Below the pieces are notes generated by a model that saw only the letters and a program-made list of their open reading frames with translations, was not told the DNA's origin and did not search any database. 64,000 bases of DNA from the human T2T-CHM13v2.0 reference genome, Homo sapiens: the NCBI RefSeq assembly GCF_009914755.1, contig NC_060928.1. One strand, 5' to 3'. How positions within the stretch are numbered: position 1 is the stretch's first letter; each line of letters begins with the position of its first letter. Shown piece after piece: positions 27,711 through 45,018 of this stretch. The translations under genes and the position numbers were made by a program.

Positions 27711-27895
27711 TGCAATATAGCCTAGCCTGAGAGTTGGGTTAGCTTGGGTTCCAGCCCTGCCTGGTACTACTCATGGTAGATTAGGTGGATCACTTCAATT
27801 TTTCTGATCCTTGGCTTAATCATGTACAGAATGGGGAAAATACCTATCCCCCCCACTGGGGTAAATGAGATGTTTGTGAAAAAATCTTCAAAAAT
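27711..27895 (+). mobile_element. MIR
   Basis: GGGTTCCAGCCCTGCC...TCACTTCA...CATGTACAGAATGGGGAAAATACCTA core. Confidence 0.7.
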
Positions 27896-29176
27896 AAAAA
27901 AATCCAACACACATACTATATAAAGTAAGCAATTAATGATGAGTAGATTAAAGCTTAGAAATTTCATTCTATTTCAATTTGTGATACATAAACTAATAGA
28001 CTTATTCTATAAATTAAAATCTTGACATTTTTATATAATCCTATCATTTACTGAACATGAGTTGGGAGACATTGTTTTAAGATTATTGTTATGTATAGAT
28101 GTTTGATGGCTATAATTGTAAAACTGGCTTATTGAGTATATTGTAAAATCCTAAGAAATTTTAATATTTTGATTGTTATTGAACAGGATACTTCTTAAAG
28201 TTCAATTCATGTCTATCCAACCTTGGAATTTGAGATGACAAAGATAAAGAATGTGTTAGCCTGGGCTTTGGGGATTTTTTTTTTTAATGTCAAATATTGT
28301 TATCTTTTTCTTACTGAAAATAAATATAAAGACCATATTAATATTCAGGGTTCAGATAGTATGTTTTCACTCAAAATATATGATGGAGCCAAAGACAACT
28401 CCTCAATGGTCAACACCACCCAATCAGAAGAATGTTTTATTATTCTCTTTAAGAAAGATAAAGTAGATGAGCTCATCGATCTCCCACTCCCTTACTGGGT
28501 GTTTGAAGGAAATAAAAAAGTGAGAGCTGCTTCTCACCCCATTTCTGTTGTAAAAGTCTTGGGAAAAAGGAAAGAGTGAAGACTGTGCTCTAATGGACAG
28601 GGGCTGGGGCAAGAGCACTAAAATCTGACTCCTAGATATAAACCAGGCCTGCTGCAGCTGACATTACTCTTTGGGATGACATTCTGTGACCCAATCCAGG
28701 ATGGTAAAGATTAAAACCAGAGACAAAACTATTAATACCATATCCACTGTGGAGTAAGGTCCACCCAGAGTGAAAGAAAGCCTCTCCATCTTCTTGCCCA
28801 GGTGGGAATCTCCGTCCTAAACCAAGAGAATGGGGGCAGCATGGAAACAGAGACTAAACCATTTCCATTTCTTCCCCTGCACCACCATTACTTTTTATTT
28901 TCTAAAGTGCCTGGTGTAAAAGAGTGTTTAATCTAGTCAGCTATGCAGGTGGGCTAGAAAGAATGGAAAGAATGGTTCTGCAAAAATCAACATTTTCTAT
29001 TAATTGAGTTTTAGTTTTCTGTTACAATATGCTATAAATTAGAAAAAGGGAAATAATAGCTATGTATAAGATAGAGCTAATCCCTTAGCAAAAAATAGTA
29101 GCATCGTATATTATCAATAGTATATTATCAATCTCTTTGCCACTTTCTACACCATAACATTTATACTAACTTCTTA

Positions 29177-29751
<575 letters not shown>

Positions 29752-29909
29752 TTAGAAACAGAGTAGGCATGCTCGCTTAAAAATAAAAAAGACCCTTCTC
29801 TCCTTTATTAAATATCAAACATACAAGATTTATAACTACCAAAAAATAAGGCAGCTATACTTTTAAGTGCAGTTACTGCTTTCTGAGATTGCTGGAATGC
29901 TGAACCCAC

Positions 29910-30095
29910 CCTCTACATCAGAATATTTGGCAATGTCTGGAGCCATTTTTAATTGTCACAACTTTGGGGTAAGGTGCCACTGGCATCTCATGGGCAGAAG
30001 CCAGTGATGCTGCTAAAGGGCACAGGACAGCGCCCCCATAAGAAAGAATTGCCTGGTCTAAAAACGTTAAAAATGCCGAAGTTGAGAAATCTTAC
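29910..30095 (+). mobile_element. MER20 hAT-Charlie MITE
   Basis: ATTTGGCAATGTCTGGAG..ATTTTTAATTGTCACAAC..CTGGCATCT..GATGCTGCTAAA..GTTGAGAAA. Confidence 0.85.
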
Positions 30096-31694
30096 TCTAT
30101 ACCATCAAGACCTCTCCCTATTATCATAGTAGAAATGGAAATTTCTGGAAAACTGACAAAATGAGAGATGAAGGGAAGGGAGCAATTAATGACAGCACAG
30201 GCACAAGTGCAGAAGATTGAGCAGTTCTAGATAAAAGCTAGTAGGATTTAGACTAGGAATTGTGCAAAATCAGTCAGCCATCCCGCTGTAGATCTGAGAC
30301 AGAAGTTCAACTATCATCCAAATGAACAGTAAGTGAAGCCAAGGGCAATTTACATCGTGTTTACGTAGCTCTCATAAGTGTATGTAACAGAAATATATCC
30401 TCAGATATACAAAACCTCAAAAGATATATAATCTATATACTCTTTCTGGGGAAAATAAATTACTTGAGACCTAGCTCCAGCTGGCCAACAGACCAAAATT
30501 AAGAAATAAAAAATAGGGAGGTCTGGGCAGCAAAACTCAGGAATCCAGTTTAAATGTATGTTGTCAGTTAGATTGTACAGTTCATGGGTAAGGCGCGGTT
30601 CTGTAATACTTCCTTCAACTATTCCTCTGCTTTGTAAGGATCTGTTGGAAGTCACATCTTTCACTTCACAGTTTGGATGAACACTTAAAAAAGCAACTGT
30701 TGTTGCACGCAGTAACACATTTGGGAAAAGGCTTGGAGAATTACTAAACCACAAGTTTTGTTGTTGAATTTATTTTTTTCCCTAAGAGTTCCATAGAGAC
30801 TGACTAGTCATATTCTTTTTATTGTGAAATAATTCAAGTAAGAATTTTCCTGCATCTTTGAAATGAATATTGAGTGACTTGGGTCACTAAGATTTGTTTT
30901 TAATTGGTAAAAATATTGCATTGATATTAATTATAATCAAGCACTTGTCATTTTTCCATCCAGGATGTATAAACGCTCTTTTGTTAATAATGTCTAAGAA
31001 TCAGTGTGGACACAAATGGCTTAAAACTTAACTACATATATACACATAGAATATAAACATAGAAAAAAGACTAAAGGAATATGTTAGTGATTATCTCCAG
31101 GTATTGTATTTCTAGGTGATTTTTGTTTTCTGTTGTATACTTCCTTGTATTTTGCAAATTTTCTACATGAAGAATGTATTATTTTTATAATAAAAAGTTG
31201 TAATCCATATATATATATATCAATACCTACTATGCAAACAAATGCAGAGGAAAAAAACTAGAAGAAAATGAACCAAAGGTAATCTTTCATTCATCTGTTC
31301 ATTCTTCCAATGGATACTTATTAAGCACCTACTATATCAGGTATGGGTGCAAGGCACTAGCCATGGTCAGATGTTGAACACTGCTATCTCCAGGTGTAAA
31401 CTTTTGGTGTTTTTCTTTCTTCTTTTGCGTACTTTTCAAAAGTTTTAAACATAAAAACATATTTGTGAATATGTTTTCATTTATAAAATAGGGAGGCCTT
31501 ATAATCATTTAAAAAATATTCTGATAAACTTTAGAAAGGTGTTGGTATATCTTATTCTGTACATATGTTCCAACAGATGAGTTCTGGAGACATTCACTTG
31601 TTATTGAAGTATACAGGTATTCTCTATAACCTGCCCCTTGTAAAATTCATTTCTTTGGCAAACAGAAATCATTCTTCTTAGAAAAAAGCTTATT

Positions 31695-31700
31695 TTTATT
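31695..31700 (-). terminator. Probable ZGRF1 polyadenylation signal AATAAA
   Basis: tttatt on plus strand ~185 nt after the stop codon, in an AT-rich UTR. Confidence 0.65.
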
Positions 31701-31882
31701 AGTAGGATTTTATACTACCTTTTGTACACTTTTTTGAAGAACAAAATTTTTACATGTGTTTACTATGTTATTTAAATATCATATTTTTAATAAGAGGGTT
31801 TAGAGTAATAAAAATATAAAAAATATATCATGTAAAATGAGTCTGAATTTACATAAATACAAAATATTTACACCATGTCTTT

Positions 31883-32025
31883 TTATGAATGAGATTTATC
31901 TTTAGATTTCTCTTTTTCACTCTTTTTCTTCTGTTTTTCTTCCACTTGTTTTTCAAAATAATCTTTAAGGAGATGGTTCAGCTGTGGTTCATACTGGTTT
32001 GCATGTTGCAATCCATCTTCCCTTC
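31883..32025 (-). CDS. ZGRF1: ZGRF1 last coding exon
   Basis: AAG|(G)REDGLQHANQYEPQLNHLLKDYFEKQVEEKQKKKSEKEKSKDKSHS-TAA; frame continuous with previous exon. Confidence 0.92.
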
Positions 32026-32198
32026 CTTAAAAAAACATACGACATGAGACAACTATTCTTTATTTTACAGAGGTCCCAATATTATCATGTCAGTTACTTC
32101 CCCCAGCAGAGCTGTTCCTGCTTGAAGCACCCCAAGCATTAACCCATAAAAGTCAGTTTGAACTTGAAATGCATGAATTAAACCCATTTTTATTTTAC

Positions 32199-32460
32199 CT
32201 TCGCAGTGTTGGATCACTCGTCCCCAAAGTTGATTTTTCCTCAAACAGGCTAAATTTCCCACAATCAACAAATGCCTCTTTCCTCTAGTCAATGCAACAT
32301 TCATTCTTTTTTCTGAATCAATGAATCCTACTTGTCTTGTCCTTACACAGGACAGAATAATGATCTCCTTTTCAGCTCCCTGAAAAGCATCTACTGTGGA
32401 CACCTGCACAGTTTTAATATCAGGATGGTGAAAGTCCACAGCACTGAGTAAATGACAAAG
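32199..32460 (-). CDS. ZGRF1: ZGRF1 coding exon, motifs V and VI
   Basis: LCHLLSAVDFHHPDIKTVQVSTVDAFQGAEKEIIILSCVRTRQVGFIDSEKRMNVALTRGKRHLLIVGN...QHCE G|GTAAAA; 262 nt. Confidence 0.97.
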
Positions 32461-33156
32461 CTGTGGAAGAAAAAACAGCAATCATGTAGTAAGAGATTGT
32501 GAAGAACTTAAGCCTCTGAACCTGCTCAAAGCAACCACTGTAATTTAACTAATAGTAAATAATTTTCATTTTTCTTTTATGACTCACATAGACTTGGCTA
32601 GTTTCTAAAATGATAGATAAATGACTAGATAAAAATATTAATTATGACACAAAATCAAAAGCAATTTATCTATTGCTGGGTAACTCATTTGGATATGCTA
32701 ATTTGGAGCTGATAAACTAATAATGAAACAGATAAAAAATACTAAGAGAAAAATCTAGTTAGAAGTAATTGGCTCATGTGTACATTAATATTTGGTATCT
32801 ATCCTTGATTTACTGATAAAATGTACCAATAATAAAAGAACATTTTGGATAACAGAGATTCAGTCCCATCTGTCTACAAAGCATACACCATATTTTCTTC
32901 CCTCTAATTTGCTTTTTGCATTTTTGCCGCAACAGCTGTAAACTAAATTTAATTAAACCTTGTTAGGTTTACATTTAATTATACAGAAAAAAAGCCAGAC
33001 CAGAAAAAAATCAGAATGTTTCTTTTTTAATATATTAATTACAGTACCAAAAGTTTTTCAGGCACCAAACCAACTACTATAAATGTAATATCAAATATGG
33101 TAATATGTAATTGTAATATTTAATATATGGCAAATACTGTAATACATAATACCAAC

Positions 33157-33291
33157 CTTGTACATCTGGGATTTGTATAATGTTATCACACCAATCATAG
33201 AGCCTGCTATTCCACTTGCAATCAGTGATTGAATCAGCTTGAGTGTAAACGTAGCTTCTGCCACATTATGAAAGCTGTTATCTCTTTCTAT
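33157..33291 (-). CDS. ZGRF1: ZGRF1 coding exon
   Basis: CAG|IERDNSFHNVAEATFTLKLIQSLIASGIAGSMIGVITLYKSQMYK|GTTGGT; 135 nt; matches the IGVITPYxxQ-type motif. Confidence 0.95.
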
Positions 33292-33427
33292 CTGGAGTAA
33301 GAAATAGATCCTAAATTATATTTCCCAGAAAGGCTATGGAAAAACCAAGTAAAATCATACAAACAACAACAAAATTAAACCAGGAACCTAAACCATGTTG
33401 ACTCTCATCAACATTAATGTCATTTAC

Positions 33428-33604
33428 CTGTTCTAGTCCTTTAACATTATAAAAACACAGGGTTGGTAGCCATTCCAATAAAGGGCTCCGCTCTATTTCT
33501 GTTACACCATTCATGAGGGCTCCTTTGTAAAACAGATCATTAGCAATAGCACTGATTGCAGGATGACAACGGTATTGAGTTCTCAATAGAATTGGCTTGT
33601 GACC
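33428..33604 (-). CDS. ZGRF1: ZGRF1 coding exon, LxxQYR motif
   Basis: GHKPILLRTQYRCHPAISAIANDLFYKGALMNGVTEIERSPLLEWLPTLCFYNVKGLEQ|GTAAAT; 177 nt. Confidence 0.96.
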
Positions 33605-33857
33605 CTAAGAAATTTAAATGAAGAAAAATAAAACATAATTTTTTTGTTCTTCTAGGGAAAGAAAATTATATTTTTAAAATTAAAAATATCGCTATATTAT
33701 GGTCTTAGGAGATGAATTACAACCATGATAGAATAGACTATAAATAAAAATATTTTTTAAATTACTAAAAATATGTTCATATTAATTTAGAAAAATTAGA
33801 AAATATAAAAGACGTCAACCTTAGACTTATCTAGTAAGTTTGACTCCTAACATTATG

Positions 33858-36323
<2,466 letters not shown>

Positions 36324-37129
36324 CCTTTTTTAAGATAATTTTTTTTTAGTTAAGATTTTTTTTAAAAAGCCATTGAAAATGTCTAATACAAAAGAGGTTG
36401 GATACTGACTTGTCATAGAAGAAGTAGAAAGTTTTGCAATTAAATTCAATTACAATTAACAGCTCAAGACAACTGAAAGCTTCGTTCTTTGCAAAACGGA
36501 ATACAATTCAACTCAAAATTCAATGCAACTTGAAACTCAATCTAAGGTGGAACTTCTTAATTAAGAAGGTAGAATAAAGCTGCCTTGTAGAATCCATTCT
36601 CCAATATATAAAGGTACAATAAATACAAAAACAACAGCAAAGAAAATTCAGCAATTATGCAACAAAGAAAGATTTACAGCCAACCCAATGCCATAAACTT
36701 AAAAAAGTACTTGTCATTGAGAAAGAAACAAGATTCTGGGGTGGAAGTAGAAAATGCAGCATAGTGAGCCAGAATTCATATGATGGCAACGGTTCCTAAG
36801 AAGAATAACGAAAAAGGGAAAGTGAACTTGACAGTTTTTAGTAGAATTGAAGGCTCAAGAACTGTGTCCCTTTCCCAGAGAAGGGATACTCTTGGGCCTC
36901 AGATGTCCTGTCACTTTGATGGGACACCACCATAATTCCAGGTACGGAGAAAACAGAGAATACAGATCTGAGAGAGTATCTGACATTCAAGCATGAACAC
37001 CAGAAAATGAAACAAGAATGGCAACTATACAAACATAGTGTTTATATAGTTGTATAGTTTGTATAGAAACAGTGTTCTCTCTTTCTCTGCCATGTGAGGA
37101 CACAGCAAGAAGGTAGCATCTACAAGCCA

Positions 37130-38760
37130 ATGACCAATGGAAAAGAATAGAAAGTCCAGAAATAAACCCTTGTACATGTGCTCAACTGATTTTTGATGAG
37201 GGTTCCAAGACAATTACATGGGAGAAAAGGATAGTCTTTTCCACACATGGTATTGGGAAAACTATATATCCACATGCAAAAGAATGAAGTTGGACCCTTA
37301 TCTCAAACCATGTACAAAAATTAACTCAAAATGGATCAAAGACCTCAACATAAGAGCTAAAATTATAAAATTCTTAGAAGAAAATATTGGGGAAAATTTT
37401 CATGACATTGGATTTGGCAATAATTTCATACCTATAACACCAAAAGCACAAGCAACAGAATAAAAAATAGGTAAACTGAACTTCATCGAAATTAAGAACT
37501 TTTGTGCATCAAAAAACACTATTAAAGTGAAAAGACAACCAACAAAATGGAAAAAAAAATTGTAAATCATATATTTGAAAAAGGATTAATTTCCAGAATA
37601 TATTTAAAAAAAAAAACCTCCTATAACTCAACAACAAAAAACCAAACAACCCAATTAAAAAATAGGCAAAGGAGTTGAATAGGCATTTCTTCAAAAAGAA
37701 TATAAATGGCTAATAAGCACATGAAAAGATGTTCAAGATCATTAGTCTTTAGGGAAACCACAATAAGATACCCCTTCACACCCATTAGGATGGCTATGAT
37801 ATTCAAAAACCAACAAGAAGTGTTGGTGAGAATGTGGAGAAATCAGAACACTTGTGCACTGCTGTTGGGAAAGTAAAATGACGCCGCTGCTATAGAAAAA
37901 AGTTTGGTGGTTCCTCAAAAATTTAAATGTACAATTATCATATGACTCAACAATTATACTTCTGGGTATGTATTGAACTGAAAGCAGGGATTTGAACAAG
38001 TATCTGTATATCAATGTTCACAGGAGATTTTTCACAAGAGCCAAAACGTGAAAACAACCCAACTATCTATCAACAGAAATGTAGTACACACATGCAATGG
38101 AATATTATTTAGCCTTATAAAGAAATGAAATTCTGATACATGCTACAAGGATGAACTCTAAACACATTATGCTAAGTAAATAAGACAGACATAAAATGAC
38201 AAATACTGTATGACTCTACTCAAATGAGGCACCTAGAATAGGCAAATTCACAGAGCTAGAAAGTAGAACACAGGTTACTTACTAGGGGCTGAGGGAAGAG
38301 GAAATGGGAAATTATTGCTTAACAGTTCAAAATTTCTGTTTGGGATAATGAAAAAATTCTGGAAATGGACAAGTGATGGTTGTACAACATTATGAATGTA
38401 CTTTAAAGTAATAATAATAATAATAATAATGTAGTACCAATACATGCTGCAACATGAATGAACCTCAAAAAGTGAAAGAAGACAGACACAAAAGGTACAT
38501 ATTGTATGATTCCATTTATATAAAATATCCGGAATAAATAAATCCATACAGAGAGAAAGCAGGCTGGTGTTTGCCAGAAGCTATAGGGAAGAGGAAATGG
38601 GCAGTTAACTGCTAAATGGGTAAGAATTTTATCTTGAAGTGATGAAAACATTTTGAAACCAGACAGAGGTAGTGGTTACACAAGAAACTGTGAATGTACT
38701 AAATGCTACTAAACTGTTCACTTTAAAATAGTTTCTGCTATATAAACTGCATGCTGTAAA
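37130..38760 (+). mobile_element. Old L1MB-type LINE 3' fragments
   Basis: Degenerate ORF2 peptides ([26 protein letters not shown]...) and L1MB 3' UTR motifs. Confidence 0.88.
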
Positions 38761-38812
38761 GAAAAAAAAGTTTTTTTTAAGAAATTTAAAAAATGGTTTT
38801 ATGTTAGATGAA

Positions 38813-39272
38813 TGCAATGGTTTGAATGTGTCCCTCAAATTTCATGTGTTGGAAACTTCATCCCCAATGCAACAGTGTTGAGAGGTGGGACTTTCAAAAG
38901 GTGATTTAGGTCATGAGGATTCTGCCTAATCCTCACGGATTAATCCCATTATCACATGAGTGGGTTCCTCATAAAAGGATGGATTTGTGAATGGATTAAT
39001 GCCATTCCTGGTATATGTGTGTGGGTTAATGGATGAATGCCATTATCACATGAGTGGCTTACTCATAAAAGGATGAGTTTGGCCTCTCACACTCTCTTGC
39101 TCTTCTGCCTTCCACCACAGGATGACAACGAAGCAAGAAGGCCCCTGCCAAATGCAGGTCCCCAGGTCTTAGACTTCTCAGCCTCCAGAACTATAAGAAA
39201 TAAATCTCTGTTCTCTATAAATTACCCAGTCTCAGGTTTTTCTGTTATACCAGCACAAAATAGACTAAGACA
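38813..39272 (+). mobile_element. MaLR LTR (MST-like) with internal ~45-bp duplication
   Basis: TGCAATGGTTTGAATGTGTCCC ... GACTAAGACA termini; CCATTATCACATGAGTGG..CTCATAAAAGGATG occurs twice. Confidence 0.88.
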
Positions 39273-39620
39273 GTAAATTCAACCCCAATTAAAAAATGTT
39301 AATAATTTAAAAATTATTTACAATGTGAAGTAGTGCTCTAGGTAGATAATAGAGACATTATAGGTTTTTTTGGTTTTAGAGCAAAAGTTATATACTCCTA
39401 CCCACTACTCAAATAGTGAAAAAATTCTTTTTATAAAAGGGCACTTAAATTATAGGGTTCCACTTGTCTTTAAGATGAATACTTACTTTCCAGACAACTC
39501 CAATTATACATTATTTTAAGGCAGGACTAAGTCTTCTAATATTTTCATTCTCTATCAACACACACACACACAATGTAGAATCAATAAATGATAATTCCGT
39601 AAGAATTCAGCAGTATGTAC

Positions 39621-39744
39621 CATTAAGCAAAGTCGATCAAAAAGAGTTTGTTCCAATCCATTTTCATGAGCTGCATCAGAACCCTGAATAGTAGGAGGTA
39701 GCTGTTTGGGATCCCCAACAAGAATCAGCTTTTCACACTCAAAC
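39621..39744 (-). CDS. ZGRF1: ZGRF1 coding exon, motif III
   Basis: FECEKLILVGDPKQLPPTIQGSDAAHENGLEQTLFDRLCLM|GTACAT; 124 nt. Confidence 0.96.
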
Positions 39745-40270
39745 CTAAAACAGAATTTCAAAAATTAATCTAAGCAATTAAAATGGGTGCATTAACATCA
39801 TTTATTGCACTGTTTGCCAAAATTGCACTTCGAAATATTCAAATGCCATGAAGTATCCTGAGTACTAATAAAGCTTAGTAGTGCTATTAAGCGCATTAAA
39901 GGCTTTGAAAAGTTATGCAATAAAGAATCCTTTATATAATTTAGTTGCCCTCCCTGCACATAAAACCTAGTAGGTGCCCCTTGCCTCTGCATGGAATTAA
40001 TATTTCACAAAGCATATTTGGGAAATGCTGGTTTTTAGAATCCATAAACTCTTAAAATTAAAGTCTTTCTTAGGAGTCATTTAGCTTAAACCCTTGTTTT
40101 AGAAGTGAAGTAAATTGGGTTCTTAGGGGCTAAATGTTTTCCTAAATAGGAGTAGGATATAGTGGGGAAAAATCAAAGTTTTATAAACAAACCTATATCA
40201 AATCTGAACTCCATTATATTTTAGAGACCCAGCAAGTTATTTAATCCTTTCATGCTTCAGTATTATTATT

Positions 40271-40556
40271 CTTTTTCTTTTTTTCTTTTTTTTGAGACGG
40301 GGTTTTACTCTGTGTCATCCAGGCTGGAGTGCAGTCGTTCAATCCCTGCTCACTGCAGCCTTGACCTCCTGGGCTCAAACAATCCTCCCACCTCAGCCTC
40401 CCAAGTTGCTGGGATTTTAGGCACACACTACCATGCCCAGCTAATTTTGTATTTTTTGTAGAAATGGGGATTCGCCATGTTGTCCAAGCTGGTCGCAAAC
40501 TCCTAGACTCAAGCAATCCACCTGCCTCAGCCTCCTAAAGTGCTAGGATTACAGGT
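40271..40556 (-). mobile_element. AluJ
   Basis: Reverse Alu ending ~30 nt from a ZGRF1 donor site. Confidence 0.9.
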
Positions 40557-40588
40557 ATTACCCCTGGGGAAAGAATCTTTTAGGTTAC

Positions 40589-40716
40589 CTTGCAATGGGA
40601 AGGAGAGAGGCCGGTTCAGTTATCTGACTACACTCATCCAGCACAACTACAGGAAATTTAAGATCATTCATGCATGGGAATGGGCAGGCTGCACAGGTAA
40701 CTCCAACTACTCGAAC
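40589..40716 (-). CDS. ZGRF1: ZGRF1 coding exon, motif Ib and Walker B (motif II)
   Basis: AAG|VRVVGVTCAACPFPCMNDLKFPVVVLDECSQITEPASLLPIA AG|GTAACC; 128 nt; missing from the ORF track. Confidence 0.95.
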
Positions 40717-41164
40717 CTTTATTACAACAAAAATGTTATTAATTAACAATTATTAAAAGAAAATAAGAGAACGTATTTACCAAAGAACTTGTAGGCTAAA
40801 ATTAGAGAGTGAGCTAGTCCTAATTTAATTCCTAGCCATCAGAAATCTTAGGTCATCGTATCTCCAAATTTTTATTATTCCTACATACAAAATGGAAATC
40901 AACAAATGTAAGTTACTTAAGCCACAAGCCCATTAACAAGAACAAATAAAAGACATATTTTGATATTCAGACGGAAAGTATCACAATATCAAGCATTTGT
41001 TAAACATCTAGGATGACGCACATATTTTATCTTCTAGATGAGGTTAGACAACATACATTATATCAACACAGGCCAAAGTTCTTCACAAAGAATATTAAAT
41101 ATGCTAACGAAATATTCTTTGCTTAACCTTCAAGCACATTAGTTTTATTTATTTAAAAATGTAA

Positions 41165-41548
<384 letters not shown>

Positions 41549-41684
41549 TTATAGCAGCATGCCATTACTCTCAAGGCAAAAAGCTTCATAAAAACTGATT
41601 TTTAATCTCTAGAATTAGATGTAAACAATAGGGAAATCTATGAATTTTCTAATTAGATGTAGTCACTGACCTAGTAGCCCGCTA

Positions 41685-41796
41685 TCTATACACACATGTG
41701 TACATACACATATACACACGTACACACACATTTGTGTACATATACATACGTGTGTATAAACACAAACACATACACATACATGTACATATACATATA
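41685..41796. repeat. (CA/TA)n degenerate dinucleotide repeat
   Basis: tatacacacatgtgtacatacacatatacac... Confidence 0.85.
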
Positions 41797-42246
41797 CAGT
41801 CATGTGCCACATAACAATGTGATGTTTTGGTCAATGATGGACCAGATGTATGATGATGGTCTCATAAAATTATAATGGAGCTGAAAAATTCCCAGCCCTT
41901 AGTGACATCACAACCCTCACAGCACAATGCATTTATTCATGTATTTGTGGTGATACCGGTGTAAACAAACCTACTGTACTGCCAGTCATATAAAAGTATA
42001 GCACATACAGTTACGTACAGTTCATAATACTTGATAATAAATGACCATTTTAGCGGTTTATACATTTACTATAGTATACTTTTAATATTATTTTAGAATG
42101 TACTCCTACTTCTTAAAAAAAAAAAAGTTGGCTATAAAACAGTTTCAGGGACGCCTTTCAGGAGGTATCCATAAGAAGGTATTGTTATCATAAGCGCTGA
42201 CAGCCCCATGTGTCCTAGTGCCCCTAAAAATTTTCCAGTGGGACAA

Positions 42247-42587
<341 letters not shown>

Positions 42588-42906
42588 CTATATTGATGAT
42601 CCTGACCCTGAGTAAGCTTAGAATAATGTGTTTGTATCTTAGTTTTCAACAATTAAAAAAAAAAGTTTTAAAGGTAAAAAAAGAAAAATTTTAAATAAAA
42701 AAGCTTATGAAATATTTTTGTATATACAAAATGTTTGTGTTTTAAGCTGTGTTATTACAAAAGAATCAAACAGTTTTTAAAAATTTTCAACTTTATAAAG
42801 TCAAAATGTTATAATAAGCTAAAGTTAATTTATTATTGAAGAAAGAAAAAATTTTAAAATAAATTTGGGGTAGCCTAACTGTACAGCGTTTATAAAGTCT
42901 ACAGTA

Positions 42907-43191
42907 GGCCGGGCGCGGTGGCTCACGCCTGTAATCCCAGCACTTTGGGAGGCTGAAGCAGGCGGATCGCTTAAGGTCAGGAGTTTGAGACCAGCCTGGC
43001 CAACGTGGTGAAACCCCATCTCTAATAAAAATACAAAACTTAGCCAGGCGTAGTGGCAGGAGTCTGTAATCTCAGCTACTCGGGAGGATGAGGCAGAAGA
43101 ATCGCTTGAACCCAGGAAGCAGAGGTTGCAGTGAGCTGAGATCACAAACTGCACTCCAGCCTGGACAGAGCAAGATTCTATCTCAAAAAAA
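42907..43191 (+). mobile_element. AluS inserted in Tigger3
   Basis: Full dimer; TSD AAGTCTACAGTA. Confidence 0.92.
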
Positions 43192-44331
43192 TTAAAAATT
43201 TTTTTAGAAGTCTACAGTAGTGTACAGTAATGTCCTAGGCTTCCACATTCACTCACCACCCACTCACTGACTCAGCCACAGTGACTTCCAGTCCTGCAAG
43301 CTCCATTCATGGTCAGTTAACTATAAAGTTAACTATTAAAAAGCTATAGTATATATAGTTTTCTGAGGACTTCTACAACCAAAACTTTGTGGTTATTATT
43401 TCCAATTTCTCCTTCCCTCCCTCCCTATACAGGTGTACCATTTTAAATATTTTATACCATATTTTCACAGTACATTTTCTGTTTAGATACAGAAATACCA
43501 CCATGTTACAATTAAATGCCTACAGTATTCAGTACATGCTGTATAGATTTGTAGCTGAGGAGCAATAGGCTATACTATGTAGCCTAGTGTGTAGTAGGCT
43601 ATACCATCTAGGTTTGTGTAAGTACACTATGACGTTCACACAATGACAAAATTGTAAAACAATACATTTCTCAGAATGATATATGACTGTACTTATTCTC
43701 TTCTAACAATCTGAAGATCTATAAAATTACACTTCTTGATAGCAAGGGCAGTTCATACCAACTGACCATACCTTTTTTCAACAAACTAACAAAAAATATG
43801 CTTTACAAATTAAATACTGCCTCCACAGATCCTACAAAATAAGAAAACATTACAACTGCCTTATTTTAATAATAAATAATATTCACCACACACAATAGCC
43901 CTGTATCAGTTAGGTTTTCTTCTTTTGTTAAAAACAAAAACAAAAATCTTAAAGCCACATTTATATCAGAAATTCCACAGTATTTAAATATTGAGTTCTT
44001 TAAAAATGATCAAGCTTTGGTGCCACTCTGAAATATTATTCATTTTATTTAATTTCTGGCAACTATATCTACAAAACAATCTTAGAATGAGAACTCTAAA
44101 GTTATGTGTCAAGAAGCATTTTTTAAATTTAAAGAAATATCTAATACAAAAACCTAAAGTATTAAGTTTTCTTTAAAAAATTATGTTATCTTTTTATTTA
44201 TTATTATGTTGCTGAGATTCTAACAGCAGAAAAGATTTTGTTACTGACCTAGCAAGTATTAATTAACTATGAAGCATTTTTAAAAATTAGTTTTATTGTG
44301 AAGACATGCCACTTTAGAAATGAGTCAGGTC

Positions 44332-44639
44332 TTCCGGGCGCGGTGGCTCATGCCTGTAATCCCAGCACTTTGGGAGGCAGAGGTGGGAGGATCACTTAAG
44401 GTCAGGAGTTTGAGACCAGCCTGGCCAACACTGTGAAACCCTGTCTCTACTAAAAATACAAAAATTAGCCGGGTGCGGTGGAATGTGCCTGTAGTCCCAG
44501 CTACTCAGGATGCTGAGGCAGGAGAATTGCTTGAACCAAGAGGTGGAGGTTGCAGTGAGCTGAGACTGCGCCACTGCACTCCAGCCTGGGTGACAGAGCG
44601 AGACTCTGGCTCAAAAAAAAAAAAAAAGAAAGAAAGAAA
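44332..44639 (+). mobile_element. AluS
   Basis: Full dimer; TSD AGAAATG(A/T)GTCAGGTC. Confidence 0.92.
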
Positions 44640-44800
44640 TGTGTCAGGTCCGAATGCCTGGCTGGACCTTAGAAATATGTCAGAGAAAATTTCTAAAAAA
44701 TAATTCCTCTAAAATAGTTTTCATTTGTGAATAGGTGATACAAATGAGCAATAGATCATAGTAACTGGGCTTTCATTCAGAAAATCATCCAAGAAATCAT

Positions 44801-44844
44801 TAACAATGATATATATGAATAATGATTCTTATATATCATTGTTA
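44801..44844. repeat. Near-perfect 44-bp inverted repeat (20-bp arms, 4-nt loop)
   Basis: TAACAATGATATATATGAAT aatg ATTCTTATATATCATTGTTA, 19/20 pairing. Confidence 0.92.
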
Positions 44845-45018
44845 CGTTGGGTGAGTAAAATGATAAGTAGTTTACATAAATGACTAATTTGTATTAATTG
44901 AACACAGCCAAACTAAGCCTTTCTGGATTTGGTTAAGAAGAGAGTATAGAGTTAACTCTATAATTCAAATAACAGAAAGTTAGTCTGAAGTTTTCTGAGG
45001 ACTTCCAGAACCAAAACT

